Shown here: positions 62,961-63,918 of the stretch, piece by piece
Position numbering within the stretch: position 1 is the stretch's first letter
Layout of the letters: every line of letters begins with the position of its first letter
Source: Octopus bimaculoides
Lineage: Eukaryota
Assembly: GCF_001194135.2 (NCBI RefSeq)
Contig: NC_068991.1
Span: forward strand, 6,392,616 to 6,456,533
Direction: 5' to 3'
DNA: 63,918 nucleotides
Program-made: the position numbers and the translations under genes
The notes under the pieces: generated by a model
What the model saw: only the letters and a program-made list of their open reading frames with translations
What the model was told of the DNA's origin: nothing
The model's database searches: none

Positions 62961-63918
62961 GTTTGTAATTAAAAGATAGTACTCAATACATGGTAAAGAG
63001 TATATTGTTTACTTAAACTGAGTTCTTTTTTTTTTGCAACTCAAGTTTCATGCCTCTGAAATCTATAAGATATTTTCTTTGGTGCATGGCTACCATTTTC
63101 ATTGGCTAGTTTCTGAATGTCATTTCGTTAGGTTGGTAGGGTTTTGATTATTCTCGTTTTGTCTCTGTTCATTGGCCAATGACTGGTGAGAACATCACAA
63201 TAATTAAAATTGATACTTAAAAAGAAACCGTCCTCACAAAATAATGTTGAGAAACTAGGCAATAAAAATGATTACCACACACAGAAAAACAAGCCTGCTT
63301 CAAAATTATATATATATGTGTGTATATATACGATTTTACTTAGGTATAGTGATCCAAATAACCAGTGGTTAGAACTCAATATATTTATGCTTTAAGTTAA
63401 AGTGTTAGGCAAATACAAAGTGTAATATCAATTAATGAATGACAAAAGAACAGGAGGTGTGTAATCACTATCATTGGCATTAAGCTATTTCTGCTGTAGG
63501 AAGCGGTGTACTCTGAGCTAAGTGCTATGCTTCTTAGAGTAGAAAGAGTCGTAAAGCAAATGAAAGCATTTATTTATATAGCCCTTGTTCTTTTGTCAGC
63601 CCTTAATTTTTGTGTGTGTGTGTGTGTGTGTGCGTGCATGCGTGCGTGCAAGATATCTCAGTTGATCAGCCTTTACGAAGTTTCTTAGAAAAGTTTGTCA
63701 AACATCATAGGGAACATAAATTCAATATTCTAGCAAAATTCTGTAAAAGAATTTTTTATTTTTTGCATATTAGGTTCTCGAAGGTTTTTTAAAAAAAAGT
63801 CAGTCATAAATTTTTTATTATTCATTCTCACATTTCACTGGGTTTTTTTAAAATTATTATTTTGGTCACAAAAGAATGTAACTTTCATCCAAATACATCT
63901 GAAATACTTATCTCTCTG

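Overview
This is AT-rich, repeat-dense eukaryotic genomic DNA with 8 N-gaps. The SINE families, microsatellites and mariner elements look like an octopod cephalopod; a gappy Octopus draft assembly is my inference, not proven. The window holds one clearly supported protein-coding gene on the + strand, a BTBD7 orthologue (BTB/POZ-BACK protein). Seven coding exons are readable from 35029 to 61742 with consistent GT-AG phases. The start codon and first BTB domain are missing and most likely lie in the gap at 34245-35028. A CpG-enriched probable promoter lies at about 0.5-1.4 kb, and several candidate 5' exons lie between 11 and 34 kb. The introns contain tRNA-derived SINEs in both orientations, decayed mariner, maT and Tigger elements, piggyBac-type MITEs, a Helitron-like tandem unit and a foldback element. 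The most unusual object is a 1.04-kb TIR element (13524-14562, ISL2EU/PHIS-like) carrying an intact SAP-domain mini-ORF and a near-perfect 125-bp hairpin. Also notable are a 77-codon membrane-peptide-like ORF overlapping the BTBD7 stop codon (ATGA) and a large fold-back next to the last splice acceptor. I found no tRNA, rRNA, CRISPR array or prokaryotic system. I found no confidently new biological system, so the leads below are hypotheses. Most six-frame ORFs are SINE, microsatellite or N-gap artefacts.
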